DNA of 17,811 bases, taken from the NCBI GenBank assembly GCA_044220955.1, contig JBGAQA010000123.1, positions 1 through 17,811 of the forward strand, written 5' to 3'. Position numbers and translations under genes: made by a program. Position 1 is the first letter of the stretch, and every line of letters begins with the position of its first letter. Positions 7,767 to 16,104 of the stretch are shown piece by piece. This stretch comes from Sandaracinaceae bacterium (GTDB taxonomy: Bacteria; Myxococcota_A; Polyangia; Polyangiales; Sandaracinaceae). The notes beneath the pieces were generated by a model that did no database searches, was not told where the DNA came from, and was given only the letters and a program-made list of their open reading frames with translations.

Positions 7767-10235
7767 TCAGCGACCGACGACGCTCTCGTCGAGCAGGGCC
7801 TGGAGCACCTCGGGCGGCCACGGCTTGCGGAGCACCCGCGCCGAGGTCGACGGGAGCTCGGCCGAGCCGGTCATCAGCACCACGCGGTTCGAGAGGCGCG
7901 GATCGGCCAGGACGAGCCGCTCCCGTAGCGCGGGGCCGCTCGTCTCGCGCAGGTCACAGTCGCAGAGCACGAGGTCGAAGGGCGTGCCGCCGGCGGCGGC
8001 GACGGCCTCGTCGGGGGCGCTCGTGCCGACGACGTCGGCCCGGGGCTTCAGCCAGCGGACGAGCGCGCGCACGACCATCGCCTCGTCGTCGATCACCAGG
8101 ACGCGAGGGCGGGGGCCGCCGGCCCCCGGGACGTCGCGGCCCGCGCTCGCAGCGGGCGCGGGGCTCGCCCCGCCGGCCTCGACCACGGCGCCGGGGGCCG
8201 CAGGGCGCGCGGGGAAGAGGCTCGCTTCGGGCGCCGCGCCAGCGAGTGCCCCGGCAGGGAGCGACAGGGTCATGCTCGTCCCGCTCGCGCCCGTCGACTC
8301 GATCAGGATGTCGCCGCCGTGCGCGCGCGCGAGCGCGCGGGACACGAAGAGCCCCAGCCCCGTGCCCTGACCACCCTTGGTGGTGAAGAAGGGCTCGAAG
8401 AGGCGCTCGACCACGCGGGCCTCGATCCCGCAACCGTTGTCTCGTACGCGGACCCTCGCGATCGCGTCCTCGACCGTGACGCTGACGCTCACGACGGGCT
8501 CCGGCCGCGACGCGCACGCGTCCATCGCGTTGGCGATCAGGTTGAGGACGACCTGCTCGACGCGCCCGGCGTCGCACGGCACCTCGACCTTGAGCGGCGT
8601 GTCGATCTCCAGCCGCACGCCCGAGCGGCGCGGCGCGGCCGTCCGCACCGCGCGCCGCACGAGCGCGACGAGGTCGGTCGACCTGCGCTCCAGCTGGGGG
8701 CCGCCGTGCGAGAGGGTCGAGAGGTCCCGGACGATGCGCGCGATGCGCTCCACGCTCTCGCGCGCGTCGCGAGCGGCGTCGTGGAGCTCACCCTGCGTCT
8801 CGTCCTCGAGGATCTGCACGTTGGTCAGGACCGAGCCCAGCGGGTTGTTGATCTCGTGCGTGACCACGGCGGCGAGCCGACCGAGCACCGCGAGCTTCTC
8901 GTTCTCCGTCGCCTTGCGCGCGGAGTCGATCGTCTGCAGCGCCGACTGCGCGACGCGCGCCAGGAGCTGCAGGAGGCGCCGCGACTGGTCGTCGAGCGCG
9001 CCCGCCGCGACGAGCAGGCCCTCGCACCGATCGGAGGTGCGCAGCTCGATCACGACCTCCGGCGCCGCCGCCGTCGAGATCGCGCCCTCTTCGATCTCTG
9101 CCGGTGCGTCGGAGCGCGGGCGCGCCGGGTCGCGGGAGCCGAGTCGCTCGCGCACCTCCACGCCGCCGAGCGGGAGGTCGGTCGGCAGAGCGCGGGCGTC
9201 GTCGGGGCCGACCACCCAGAAGCGCACGCCCAGGATGGTCTGCTCGAGCGTCTCGCGGAGCGCCGCGCGGATCTCGTCGGCGTCGGCCGCCCGCCCGGCC
9301 ACCCGCGCGAAGTCGACCGCCGCGCGCAGGCCTCTCGCGTCCTCCGAGAGGCGGAGCGACATCGCGCCGATCGCGGCACCGAGATCGCCGATCTCGTCGG
9401 GGGGGAGCGGCGGAAGCGCGATGGGCCCAGCCCGCACGTCGCGCACCGCGGACGCGAGCCTGCGCACCGGCGCGGTCGTCGCCCGAGCCAGCCAGACGGC
9501 GATGGCGATGATGGGGAGCAGCGCCACCGTGGAGTAGAAGAGGACGTCCTCGGTGACGCGGCTGGCCGCGCGCCGCGCGGGCGCGAGCGGTGCCGAGACG
9601 GTGATCGCGAGCCCGTCCTCGCTCGCGGCGACGGCGAGCAGCCCCTCGCCCTGGTCACCGGCCCCCGAGACGTGTCGCGCGACGACGGCGCCGCCGGGGA
9701 TGGCGGCCTCGTCGCTGGCGACCGCGTCCGAGAGCGTGACCGTCCAGCGCGGGGCCGCGGCGAGCACGTCGGTCACGTCGATCATGCCGCGCGCGACGAT
9801 GCCGTTCGCCTCCGCCCGCACGACGAGCCGATCCGGTGGCAGGAGGCGGATGGATGCGGCGTCTCGAGGGATCTCCTCGAGCGCCCGCCGCGCCTCCGCG
9901 TCGGCGGCGGCGACCACCAGCTGGTCGTCGCCTCGGTAGCAGTCCAGCGCGAGCACGTGCCCCGACACCAGGCGGGGGACCTCCATGAGCAGGCCGCGCT
10001 CGCTCGCCAGCGCGACGCTCGCCAGCTCGGCGCGCGCCAGCGCGATCCGCTGAGCCAGCGCGGCGCGGGCCTGCGTGGCGCGCTCGACGACCGCCTCGAC
10101 GATCTGCGCCTCCTTGTCGTCGCGCACGAGCGTGGTCGAGACGAGCGTCGTGACGGTCGCCGCGGCGAGCGCGGCGAGCGCGACGAGCGCGACGACGCGC
10201 GCGAAGACCGAGCGGAACCCGCGCCAGGCGCTCAT
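7767..10235 (-). CDS. Membrane-bound hybrid sensor histidine kinase (TM-periplasmic-TM-HAMP-GAF-like-HisKA-HATPase-REC)
   Basis: HAMP (PVRRLASAV...DEIGDLGAAIGAM), H box VTHEINNPL, N box QVVLNLIANAMDA, G1 VRDNGCGI, F box LFEPFFTTK, G2 GTGLGL. Receiver RVLVIDDE...DLVLCD...LMTG...LRKPW. Confidence 0.93.
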   Translation of the reverse strand: MSAWRGFRSVFARVVALVALAALAAATVTTLVSTTLVRDDKEAQIVEAVVERATQARAALAQRIALARAELASVALASERGLLMEVPRLVSGHVLALDCYRGDDQLVVAAADAEARRALEEIPRDAASIRLLPPDRLVVRAEANGIVARGMIDVTDVLAAAPRWTVTLSDAVASDEAAIPGGAVVARHVSGAGDQGEGLLAVAASEDGLAITVSAPLAPARRAASRVTEDVLFYSTVALLPIIAIAVWLARATTAPVRRLASAVRDVRAGPIALPPLPPDEIGDLGAAIGAMSLRLSEDARGLRAAVDFARVAGRAADADEIRAALRETLEQTILGVRFWVVGPDDARALPTDLPLGGVEVRERLGSRDPARPRSDAPAEIEEGAISTAAAPEVVIELRTSDRCEGLLVAAGALDDQSRRLLQLLARVAQSALQTIDSARKATENEKLAVLGRLAAVVTHEINNPLGSVLTNVQILEDETQGELHDAARDARESVERIARIVRDLSTLSHGGPQLERRSTDLVALVRRAVRTAAPRRSGVRLEIDTPLKVEVPCDAGRVEQVVLNLIANAMDACASRPEPVVSVSVTVEDAIARVRVRDNGCGIEARVVERLFEPFFTTKGGQGTGLGLFVSRALARAHGGDILIESTGASGTSMTLSLPAGALAGAAPEASLFPARPAAPGAVVEAGGASPAPAASAGRDVPGAGGPRPRVLVIDDEAMVVRALVRWLKPRADVVGTSAPDEAVAAAGGTPFDLVLCDCDLRETSGPALRERLVLADPRLSNRVVLMTGSAELPSTSARVLRKPWPPEVLQALLDESVVGR

Positions 10236-11416
10236 GGGCGCACCACCGTGCGCGAGACGACGCGGCTGTTACCGACGTCGTCGCGGACGCGGACGACGAC
10301 GTGGATCAGGCCGCGCGGCACCGGACGGGAGGCGCGGAACGTCCCGTCCGCCCCCACGGGGGCGGGGACTCCGTCGATCTCGAGGCGCGCGTCGCGCTCG
10401 GTCGTGCCGGCCACCGTCAGCTGCGCGCCGGCCAGGGTCTCGCCTTCCGACGGGGAGCTCACCGTGAGCGCGGGCGGCGTCTCGTCGAGCTCGACGCTCA
10501 GCGCGCGCGTCTCGCCGGCGCGGACGAGCTCGCCGTCTCGCGTCGCCTCGACGGTCCACGCGTAGTCACCCGAGGCGAGCTGGGCCGTGGCGACGCCGGA
10601 GCCGCCCTCGAGGTCGAGCGCGAGCCCGGCGGCGCCCGTCACGTGGACGTACGATCCGGTGGTCGAGGGGGCCGGGGACCAGCGGAACGTCACCGACGAG
10701 CGGGTCCGGACCGTCGCGTCCGCCGCGGGCTCGATCAAGGTCACGGCGCTCCGGGCCCACCCCTCGGCGAGCACCGTGCCGTCGGGCGCGATCGTCGCGA
10801 AGCGCTCGGGGGCGACCTCCACCGGCGGACCCCCGGCGCGCTCGAGGCGCGCTCGACCGCGGGTCATCGCGACCTCCGTTCGCTCCTCGTCCACGTCGAT
10901 GTCCGCCTCGATCTCCTCGGACGCGGTTCCGTCCGCGCGCGGCGTCTGGGCCAGCACGAGCAGGCCCGGAGGAAGCTGGACCTCGAGGCGGGAGCTCGAC
11001 TCGCTCGGCGCGACGCGCGCGACGAGGTGGCCCGAGAGGTGCGTCAGGCGCGTCACGTGCGCTTGCCCCGCGGGCATCACCACCGTCGTGTCGGCGGCCA
11101 GCTCGCTCTCGCTTCCCGTCGCGTCGAAGTGCAGGACGGCGCGCGCGCCCGCCATCGTCTGCACGGCGTCGCCCGGGAAGATCGGATCGCCCGCGCTCGC
11201 CGGCGCCCAGTCCGCCTCCCCGGCGCGCCGCACGCGGACGTCACCGCCCGTCGCGAGCAGCCGCGCGGCGGCGTCGGGCTCGGCGAGGGCCGCGGGGACG
11301 GCGGGGAGGGAGCGCTCCGGTTCGGCGGAAGCGGGATCCTCGCACGCCCCCAGCAGCACCACGCCGAGCGCCGCGCCGAGGCGCAGGGCCACCGCGCACC
11401 GGTCACGGCCGCACAT
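10232..11416 (-). CDS. FecR-like domain lipoprotein with C-terminal Ig-like domains
   Basis: Lipobox LLGA-C. FecR-type motif GGDVRVRRAGEADWAPASAGDPIFPGDAVQTMAGARAVLHF. Ig/FN3-like segments (VTFRWSP...GDYAWTVEA; DETPPALTVSSP...VVVRVRDDVGN). ATGA overlap with the kinase. Confidence 0.78.
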   Translation of the reverse strand: MCGRDRCAVALRLGAALGVVLLGACEDPASAEPERSLPAVPAALAEPDAAARLLATGGDVRVRRAGEADWAPASAGDPIFPGDAVQTMAGARAVLHFDATGSESELAADTTVVMPAGQAHVTRLTHLSGHLVARVAPSESSSRLEVQLPPGLLVLAQTPRADGTASEEIEADIDVDEERTEVAMTRGRARLERAGGPPVEVAPERFATIAPDGTVLAEGWARSAVTLIEPAADATVRTRSSVTFRWSPAPSTTGSYVHVTGAAGLALDLEGGSGVATAQLASGDYAWTVEATRDGELVRAGETRALSVELDETPPALTVSSPSEGETLAGAQLTVAGTTERDARLEIDGVPAPVGADGTFRASRPVPRGLIHVVVRVRDDVGNSRVVSRTVVRP

Positions 11417-13109
11417 CGAAGCCCCCGCTCACCTCGAGCTGGAAGCGGAGCCAAGGAGCCTCCCACGGGACGTCGTGCAGCGGCGTCGACGCGCGGAGGA
11501 TCCCGTCCACGCCCAGGGAGCAGTCGCCCAGCTGGAACGTCGCGCCGACCCCCGCGAGCACGGCCCCTCCGAGCTCGGTGATCGCGACGTGGCCGTCGCC
11601 GACGGACGCGCTCAGCGAGCTCAGCGCGAGCCCGCCGCCGACGAGGAGATCGAGCGGCGCGACGTCGGTGAACGGCGCGAAGCGCGCCAGACCGGAGACT
11701 TCGACGGCGTGACTGAGACCGCTCAACGAGTCGCGAACGAGCCCTTGCCCGACCGCGTCGACGAGCGTGACGAGGTAGCGCGCGCCGACGTCGAGCGCGA
11801 CGCTCGGGTCCACGCGCGTGCGCACGACGCCCCCGACCCCGAACGTCCCGCGCGCCCAGAGGTCGACGCCTGCCGCGACGCGGAGCGGCGCGGCGTGGGG
11901 AGATGCAGCCGGCGGGGGCGGGGCCGTGGACGGCTCGGGCTCGGCGTCGACCTCGGCGACGACGGGCGGCACCTCGGCGCGCAGCGTCGCCTGCGCGAGC
12001 GGGACGTGCGCCCCGTCGATCACGGCGAAGGCGACGACGCGCGTGTCCGCGTCGGCCACCGGACACGAGAGCGTGCCGTCCGCGTCGAGCGCTCGATCCG
12101 CCGCGCCGCAGCGGGCCCCGATGGCCGCCGGGTCGAGAGCGCTGCCGTCCACCGCCTGGGCCGCGACGTGGATCTGCGCGCGCGCGTCGCGCCCCGGATC
12201 GCGGAGCGTCGGGCCGGGGGGCAGCGCGATCGTCGCGGACGCGGGCCAGCTGGCACACGTGGCCTGCTCGATCACGACCTCGGCGCCGTGCGCGGCCCGC
12301 GCGCGCAGATCGACCGACGCGACGCCCGTCGGGGCGGAGAGCCAGACCGCCGCCACCCCCGCGGCGAGCCACTCGAGGCGCGCGAGGCGGCCTCGCTCGC
12401 TCTGGACCTCGAGCGGCACCGAGCGAGACAGGCGCCCGTGCGCGTCGGCGACGACGATCACGGCCAGCGGACGCGCGGCGCCTCCGGAGGCGAGCAGCAG
12501 ATCCGAGGGCGCGAGCAGGAGCTCGACCTCCCCCGTGCGGACGTTCGCCGCGAGCGCCGTGGCGCCGATGCGCGCGCCCGCGCGCACGATCACCGCGAGC
12601 AGAGGATCGGCGGGCACCTCGGCGACGAGATCCGAGCCGGAGCGCTCCAGCTCGGCGCTCCCACCCGCCCAGATCGCCCAGCCGCGAAGCGACTCATCAT
12701 CCGGCACGCCCTGCACCGACGCGTGGAGCCGCGTGCCCGCGCGGTTCGCCTCGACGTGGATGGGCGAGTGCGCCCCCATCGGCACGGTCCGCTCCGCGAC
12801 GCCGTCGGGCGTCCGGGCCCGCAGCGTCGGCTCCGCCGTGGGGCTCGCGCGAGTGAGCGAGACCCAGCGCGCGCAGTCGCCGGCGGGCTCTCCCAGGGTC
12901 AGCTCCGCGTCCGTCGCCTCGAGCGCGACGTCCGCCCACGCCTCGCAGCCGCCGGCGGCCCGCTCGACGACGACGAGGGCGCGGCGCTCGAGCCCGTCCC
13001 CCTCGGGGCCGTAGACGTGGAGGATCTGCGCGCGAGCCCCCGCGGGGACGACGCAGACGCTCGCCCCGATCCAGGCCGCGATCACCGGCGCGCGCGCGCA
13101 CCTCGTCAC
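11403..13109 (-). CDS. Secreted hypothetical protein (~568 aa) with probable C-terminal outer-membrane beta-barrel
   Basis: GTG start at 13109 overlaps the upstream stop (GTGA). Signal peptide ending ARA-Q, beta-rich middle region, Pro-rich linker, then alternating amphipathic strands (VALDVGARYL, LDLLVGGGLAL, VLAGVGATFQL, RFQLEVSGGFDV). The first 289 codons of the 857-aa track ORF are shadow of the RCC1 gene. Confidence 0.7.
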   Translation of the reverse strand: MTRCARAPVIAAWIGASVCVVPAGARAQILHVYGPEGDGLERRALVVVERAAGGCEAWADVALEATDAELTLGEPAGDCARWVSLTRASPTAEPTLRARTPDGVAERTVPMGAHSPIHVEANRAGTRLHASVQGVPDDESLRGWAIWAGGSAELERSGSDLVAEVPADPLLAVIVRAGARIGATALAANVRTGEVELLLAPSDLLLASGGAARPLAVIVVADAHGRLSRSVPLEVQSERGRLARLEWLAAGVAAVWLSAPTGVASVDLRARAAHGAEVVIEQATCASWPASATIALPPGPTLRDPGRDARAQIHVAAQAVDGSALDPAAIGARCGAADRALDADGTLSCPVADADTRVVAFAVIDGAHVPLAQATLRAEVPPVVAEVDAEPEPSTAPPPPAASPHAAPLRVAAGVDLWARGTFGVGGVVRTRVDPSVALDVGARYLVTLVDAVGQGLVRDSLSGLSHAVEVSGLARFAPFTDVAPLDLLVGGGLALSSLSASVGDGHVAITELGGAVLAGVGATFQLGDCSLGVDGILRASTPLHDVPWEAPWLRFQLEVSGGFDVRP

Positions 13110-14716
13110 GGCAGCCCCGCCACCGGCGTGGGCGTGAGGGCGCCGCCGACAGGCGAGCCGAGCTGGCCGCTGCTGCCATCGCCGAAGCAGCACACCCCCC
13201 CGAGCACGTCGACGGCGCACGTGTGCGCGGCTCCCGTCGCGACGCGCGAGAAGCGGTGTCCGCCCACGACCGCCGCGGGCACGAGCTCGTCGGTCGTGCT
13301 CCCCGTGCCGAGCCTGCCCAGCGCGCCCAGACCCCAGCAGTACAGCGCGCCGTCCACGGCGACGGCGCACGTGTGCGCGAGCCCCGCGCGGATCTCCGTG
13401 AACGAGGTCGTCGTGACCACCGGCATCGGCGTCGCGACCCGGGTCGGGCTGCCCAGCCCGAGCCCGCCGCTCGTCTGACTGCCCCAGCAGTACGCCGTGC
13501 CCGCCTCGTCGACGCCGCACGAGTCCTGGTCCCCTGCCGCCACGCTCGTCCAGCGCCGCGCGGCCGGTCCCACGGGCGTGGGCGCGCTCGCGTCCGTGAG
13601 GGTCCCGGCGCCGACCTCGCCGTGGGTTCCCTCGCCCCAGCAGTAGAGCGATCCGCTCCGGATCCCGCAGGAGTGGCGGAACCCCGCCGCGACGGCGGTC
13701 CAGTCGCTCTGCGCCTCGACGCGAAGCGGCGCGGACGCGCGGGACGGGCTCGCCATCCCCAGCTGTCCGTGGTTGTTGCGGCCCCAGCACCAGAGCGAGC
13801 CGTCCGACTGGATGCCGCACGCGTGACCCCAGCCCACGGAGATCGCGATCCAGCGCGCGAGGCCGACGCGCGTCGGCCGATCGCGATCGACCTGGTCGCC
13901 GACCCCGAGCTGGCCCTGCTCGTTGGCGCCCCAGCAGAACAGCCCGCCGTCCTCGGCGATCGCGCACGTGGTCCACGCGCGCGCCGCGACCTCCGCGACC
14001 GTCTGGCCGAGGTCGGCCGCGACCGGCGTGCTCGAGCCGGGCGTGCCTCCGGTGCCGAGCTGCCCACGCGAGTCATCGCCCCAGCAGTAGAGGTGAGCGT
14101 CGGAGCTGGTCGCGCACGAGTGCTGGGCGCCCACGGCGACGCGACCGGCCGGCACCTGACCTGCGTCCCCCCGCGCCGCCACGTCGGGCTCTGCGTCCGT
14201 CCCGCCGTTCAGGCCGGCGTCGACCGTCGTCGCCGCCGCGTCGGTGCCCGCGTCGCGCGGGCCCGCGTCCGGCGTCGCGCTCGCGTCCGGCGACGTGATC
14301 GCGTCCTGCCACACGTCCGCGTCCGGCGCTGCTTCGGGCAGGACTCGCAGCGCGTCCGGGGTCGAGCGGACCCGGCCCGCCGCGCGCACGTCGAGGGCAT
14401 GGAGCCCGGGGGGCAGATGGCTCGTGAGCCGGACGTCGATGCCGGCACCGCCCGCGCCGAGGATCTCGCACTCGACGCCCCCGATCTCGACCGCGAGGTC
14501 GGGCCGAGCCACGAGCCCGGACGAACCGACGGCGAGATAGAGCTCCGGCTCCAGCCCGCCTACGTGGAGCGTCGCACGCGACCACTCGCTCTCCACGATC
14601 GTCTCGGGCGTCAGGTGGGCGCCACCCGGGCCCGCGCATGCGGGGACCAGCCCCATCACCACGAGCACGAGGCCGGCCACGTTCGAGGCACGGAACGTCA
14701 CCGGACGGGCTCCCAT
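13106..14716 (-). CDS. RCC1/BLIP-II-like seven-bladed beta-propeller lipoprotein
   Basis: Hydrophobic leader with lipobox-like VPA-C, an Ig/IPT-like segment and a DAG/DA-rich linker. Seven repeats follow: LYCWG, LFCWG, LWCWG, LYCWG, AYCWG, LYCWG, VCCFG, each followed by a GQLG-like motif. The exact start is uncertain. Confidence 0.88.
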   Translation of the reverse strand: MGARPVTFRASNVAGLVLVVMGLVPACAGPGGAHLTPETIVESEWSRATLHVGGLEPELYLAVGSSGLVARPDLAVEIGGVECEILGAGGAGIDVRLTSHLPPGLHALDVRAAGRVRSTPDALRVLPEAAPDADVWQDAITSPDASATPDAGPRDAGTDAAATTVDAGLNGGTDAEPDVAARGDAGQVPAGRVAVGAQHSCATSSDAHLYCWGDDSRGQLGTGGTPGSSTPVAADLGQTVAEVAARAWTTCAIAEDGGLFCWGANEQGQLGVGDQVDRDRPTRVGLARWIAISVGWGHACGIQSDGSLWCWGRNNHGQLGMASPSRASAPLRVEAQSDWTAVAAGFRHSCGIRSGSLYCWGEGTHGEVGAGTLTDASAPTPVGPAARRWTSVAAGDQDSCGVDEAGTAYCWGSQTSGGLGLGSPTRVATPMPVVTTTSFTEIRAGLAHTCAVAVDGALYCWGLGALGRLGTGSTTDELVPAAVVGGHRFSRVATGAAHTCAVDVLGGVCCFGDGSSGQLGSPVGGALTPTPVAGLP

Positions 14717-14875
14717 CGCTCAATCAACGGACGTTCCTCGCCAACTCTGAAGGGCCTTCCTCGATCTCCAGGAGGTGTCGCTCGAAAGGTCCGACGACCC
14801 CCGCAGCTGCCTACCTTACATGCAACCACGCACATCGGATCCGATCCATGGGCCGGCGATGACCGCTTCGCTCCT

Positions 14876-16099
14876 TCACGAGGCCGAGCGCCGCGCCGAC
14901 CTCAGGAACGCCCTCCCCTCGGCGAGCGCCTGCACGACCGCCACGAGGTAGAGCCCACGAACGCAGAGCGTGTAGCGCGACGAGGCGCAGACCACGAACA
15001 TGTGCGCCAGGGCCACGTACGCGCACGCGGCGGGGATCATCCAGCCGTGCGCGTTCGCCCTCGCGACCCGGACTGCACCGACGAGGAAGGGCGGCAGGAG
15101 CGCGAGCGTCGCGACCCGGACGACGAGCGGGACGTCCCAGGTGATCCAGATGCGCACGGCCCGGAACGCGCTGACCAGAGCGAAGCGCAGCGGGTGCGCC
15201 TCGATGGCGGCCTCTGCGGCGCCGCGGAAGAGCGCGTCGAAGTGACGGCCTTCGGCCGGGTCGCAGGCGCTCAACGCGGCGTCGGCGCGGTCGAGGTGGC
15301 AGTACGCCGCGGCCTCGCCGGCCGGCATCGCGTGCTCGACCGACGCGCGGCACAGGTTGTAACCGAAGAAGTTGTGCGCGCCGATCGAGGGGACGCCGAG
15401 CGCTGCCCAGTTGCGCGCGGTCCACGCGATCTGCAGGAGGAACACGACGGCGCTCGCGACGAGCAGAGCGTGGGCGCAGCGACCGCGATCGCGCGCGAGG
15501 GCGACGCCAGTGAGCAGGAACGGCAGTCCGATGAGCGCGGGCCGCGTCATCGTCGCGACGCCGAGCCCCGAGGCCGCGACGATCCACCACGCGCGCGAGG
15601 CGCCGGTCGCGTACATGACGACGCCGGCGAGCCCCACGACGAGCGCCTCGCTCGCGAGCGTCTCCGAGAGCACGCAGCGCGCGTAGTAGAGCGCGAAGGG
15701 ATCGAGCGCCCACGCGAGGGCCACGGCGAGCCCGAGACCCGGGCGGCCGGTCAGCCGCGTCGCGAGCAAGAGCAGTGACGCCGCGCCGAGCGCATGCAGC
15801 AGCGCCTGGGCGACGAGCAGGCCCTCGTCACGCACCGTCAGCGCGCGCGTCGCGGCGATGAACGTCGGGTAGCCGGGCATGCGCTCGAGCTCGGGCAGCG
15901 CAGGCGCATCGGACGGGCACGAGGAGTAGCCGTCTCCGCGCGAGAGGCGCGCCGCGATCCGCTCGTAGCGCGCAGAGTCCTCTACCCGGCCGAGCCCCAG
16001 CATCCCGCCAGCCGCGGCGGCGCCGAGCAGCGCGAGCGACGCGACCGCGAGAACGGCGGGCGGACCGATCGACGGTGGGGGCCGGACCGCGACCGCCAC
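14876..16099 (-). CDS. GT-C superfamily membrane glycosyltransferase (ArnT/PMT-like, GT39/GT83-type)
   Basis: N-terminal TM helix followed by EDSARY, then RMPGYPTFIA, LSETL, TRP and SSRY motifs, with many TM helices. Confidence 0.75.
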   Translation of the reverse strand: MAVAVRPPPSIGPPAVLAVASLALLGAAAAGGMLGLGRVEDSARYERIAARLSRGDGYSSCPSDAPALPELERMPGYPTFIAATRALTVRDEGLLVAQALLHALGAASLLLLATRLTGRPGLGLAVALAWALDPFALYYARCVLSETLASEALVVGLAGVVMYATGASRAWWIVAASGLGVATMTRPALIGLPFLLTGVALARDRGRCAHALLVASAVVFLLQIAWTARNWAALGVPSIGAHNFFGYNLCRASVEHAMPAGEAAAYCHLDRADAALSACDPAEGRHFDALFRGAAEAAIEAHPLRFALVSAFRAVRIWITWDVPLVVRVATLALLPPFLVGAVRVARANAHGWMIPAACAYVALAHMFVVCASSRYTLCVRGLYLVAVVQALAEGRAFLRSARRSAS

Positions 16100-16104
16100 G
16101 GCGA

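Noticed and set aside
13110..13976. First 289 codons of the 857-aa ORF, or a frameshift fusion with the RCC1 gene
   Set aside because: This part is an Arg-rich off-frame overlap of the RCC1 repeats. The GTGA-coupled start with its own signal peptide explains the junction.
14815..14845. Sigma-54 promoter at the minus-strand TTGCAT
   Set aside because: There is no TGGCAC/GG element at the required spacing upstream.
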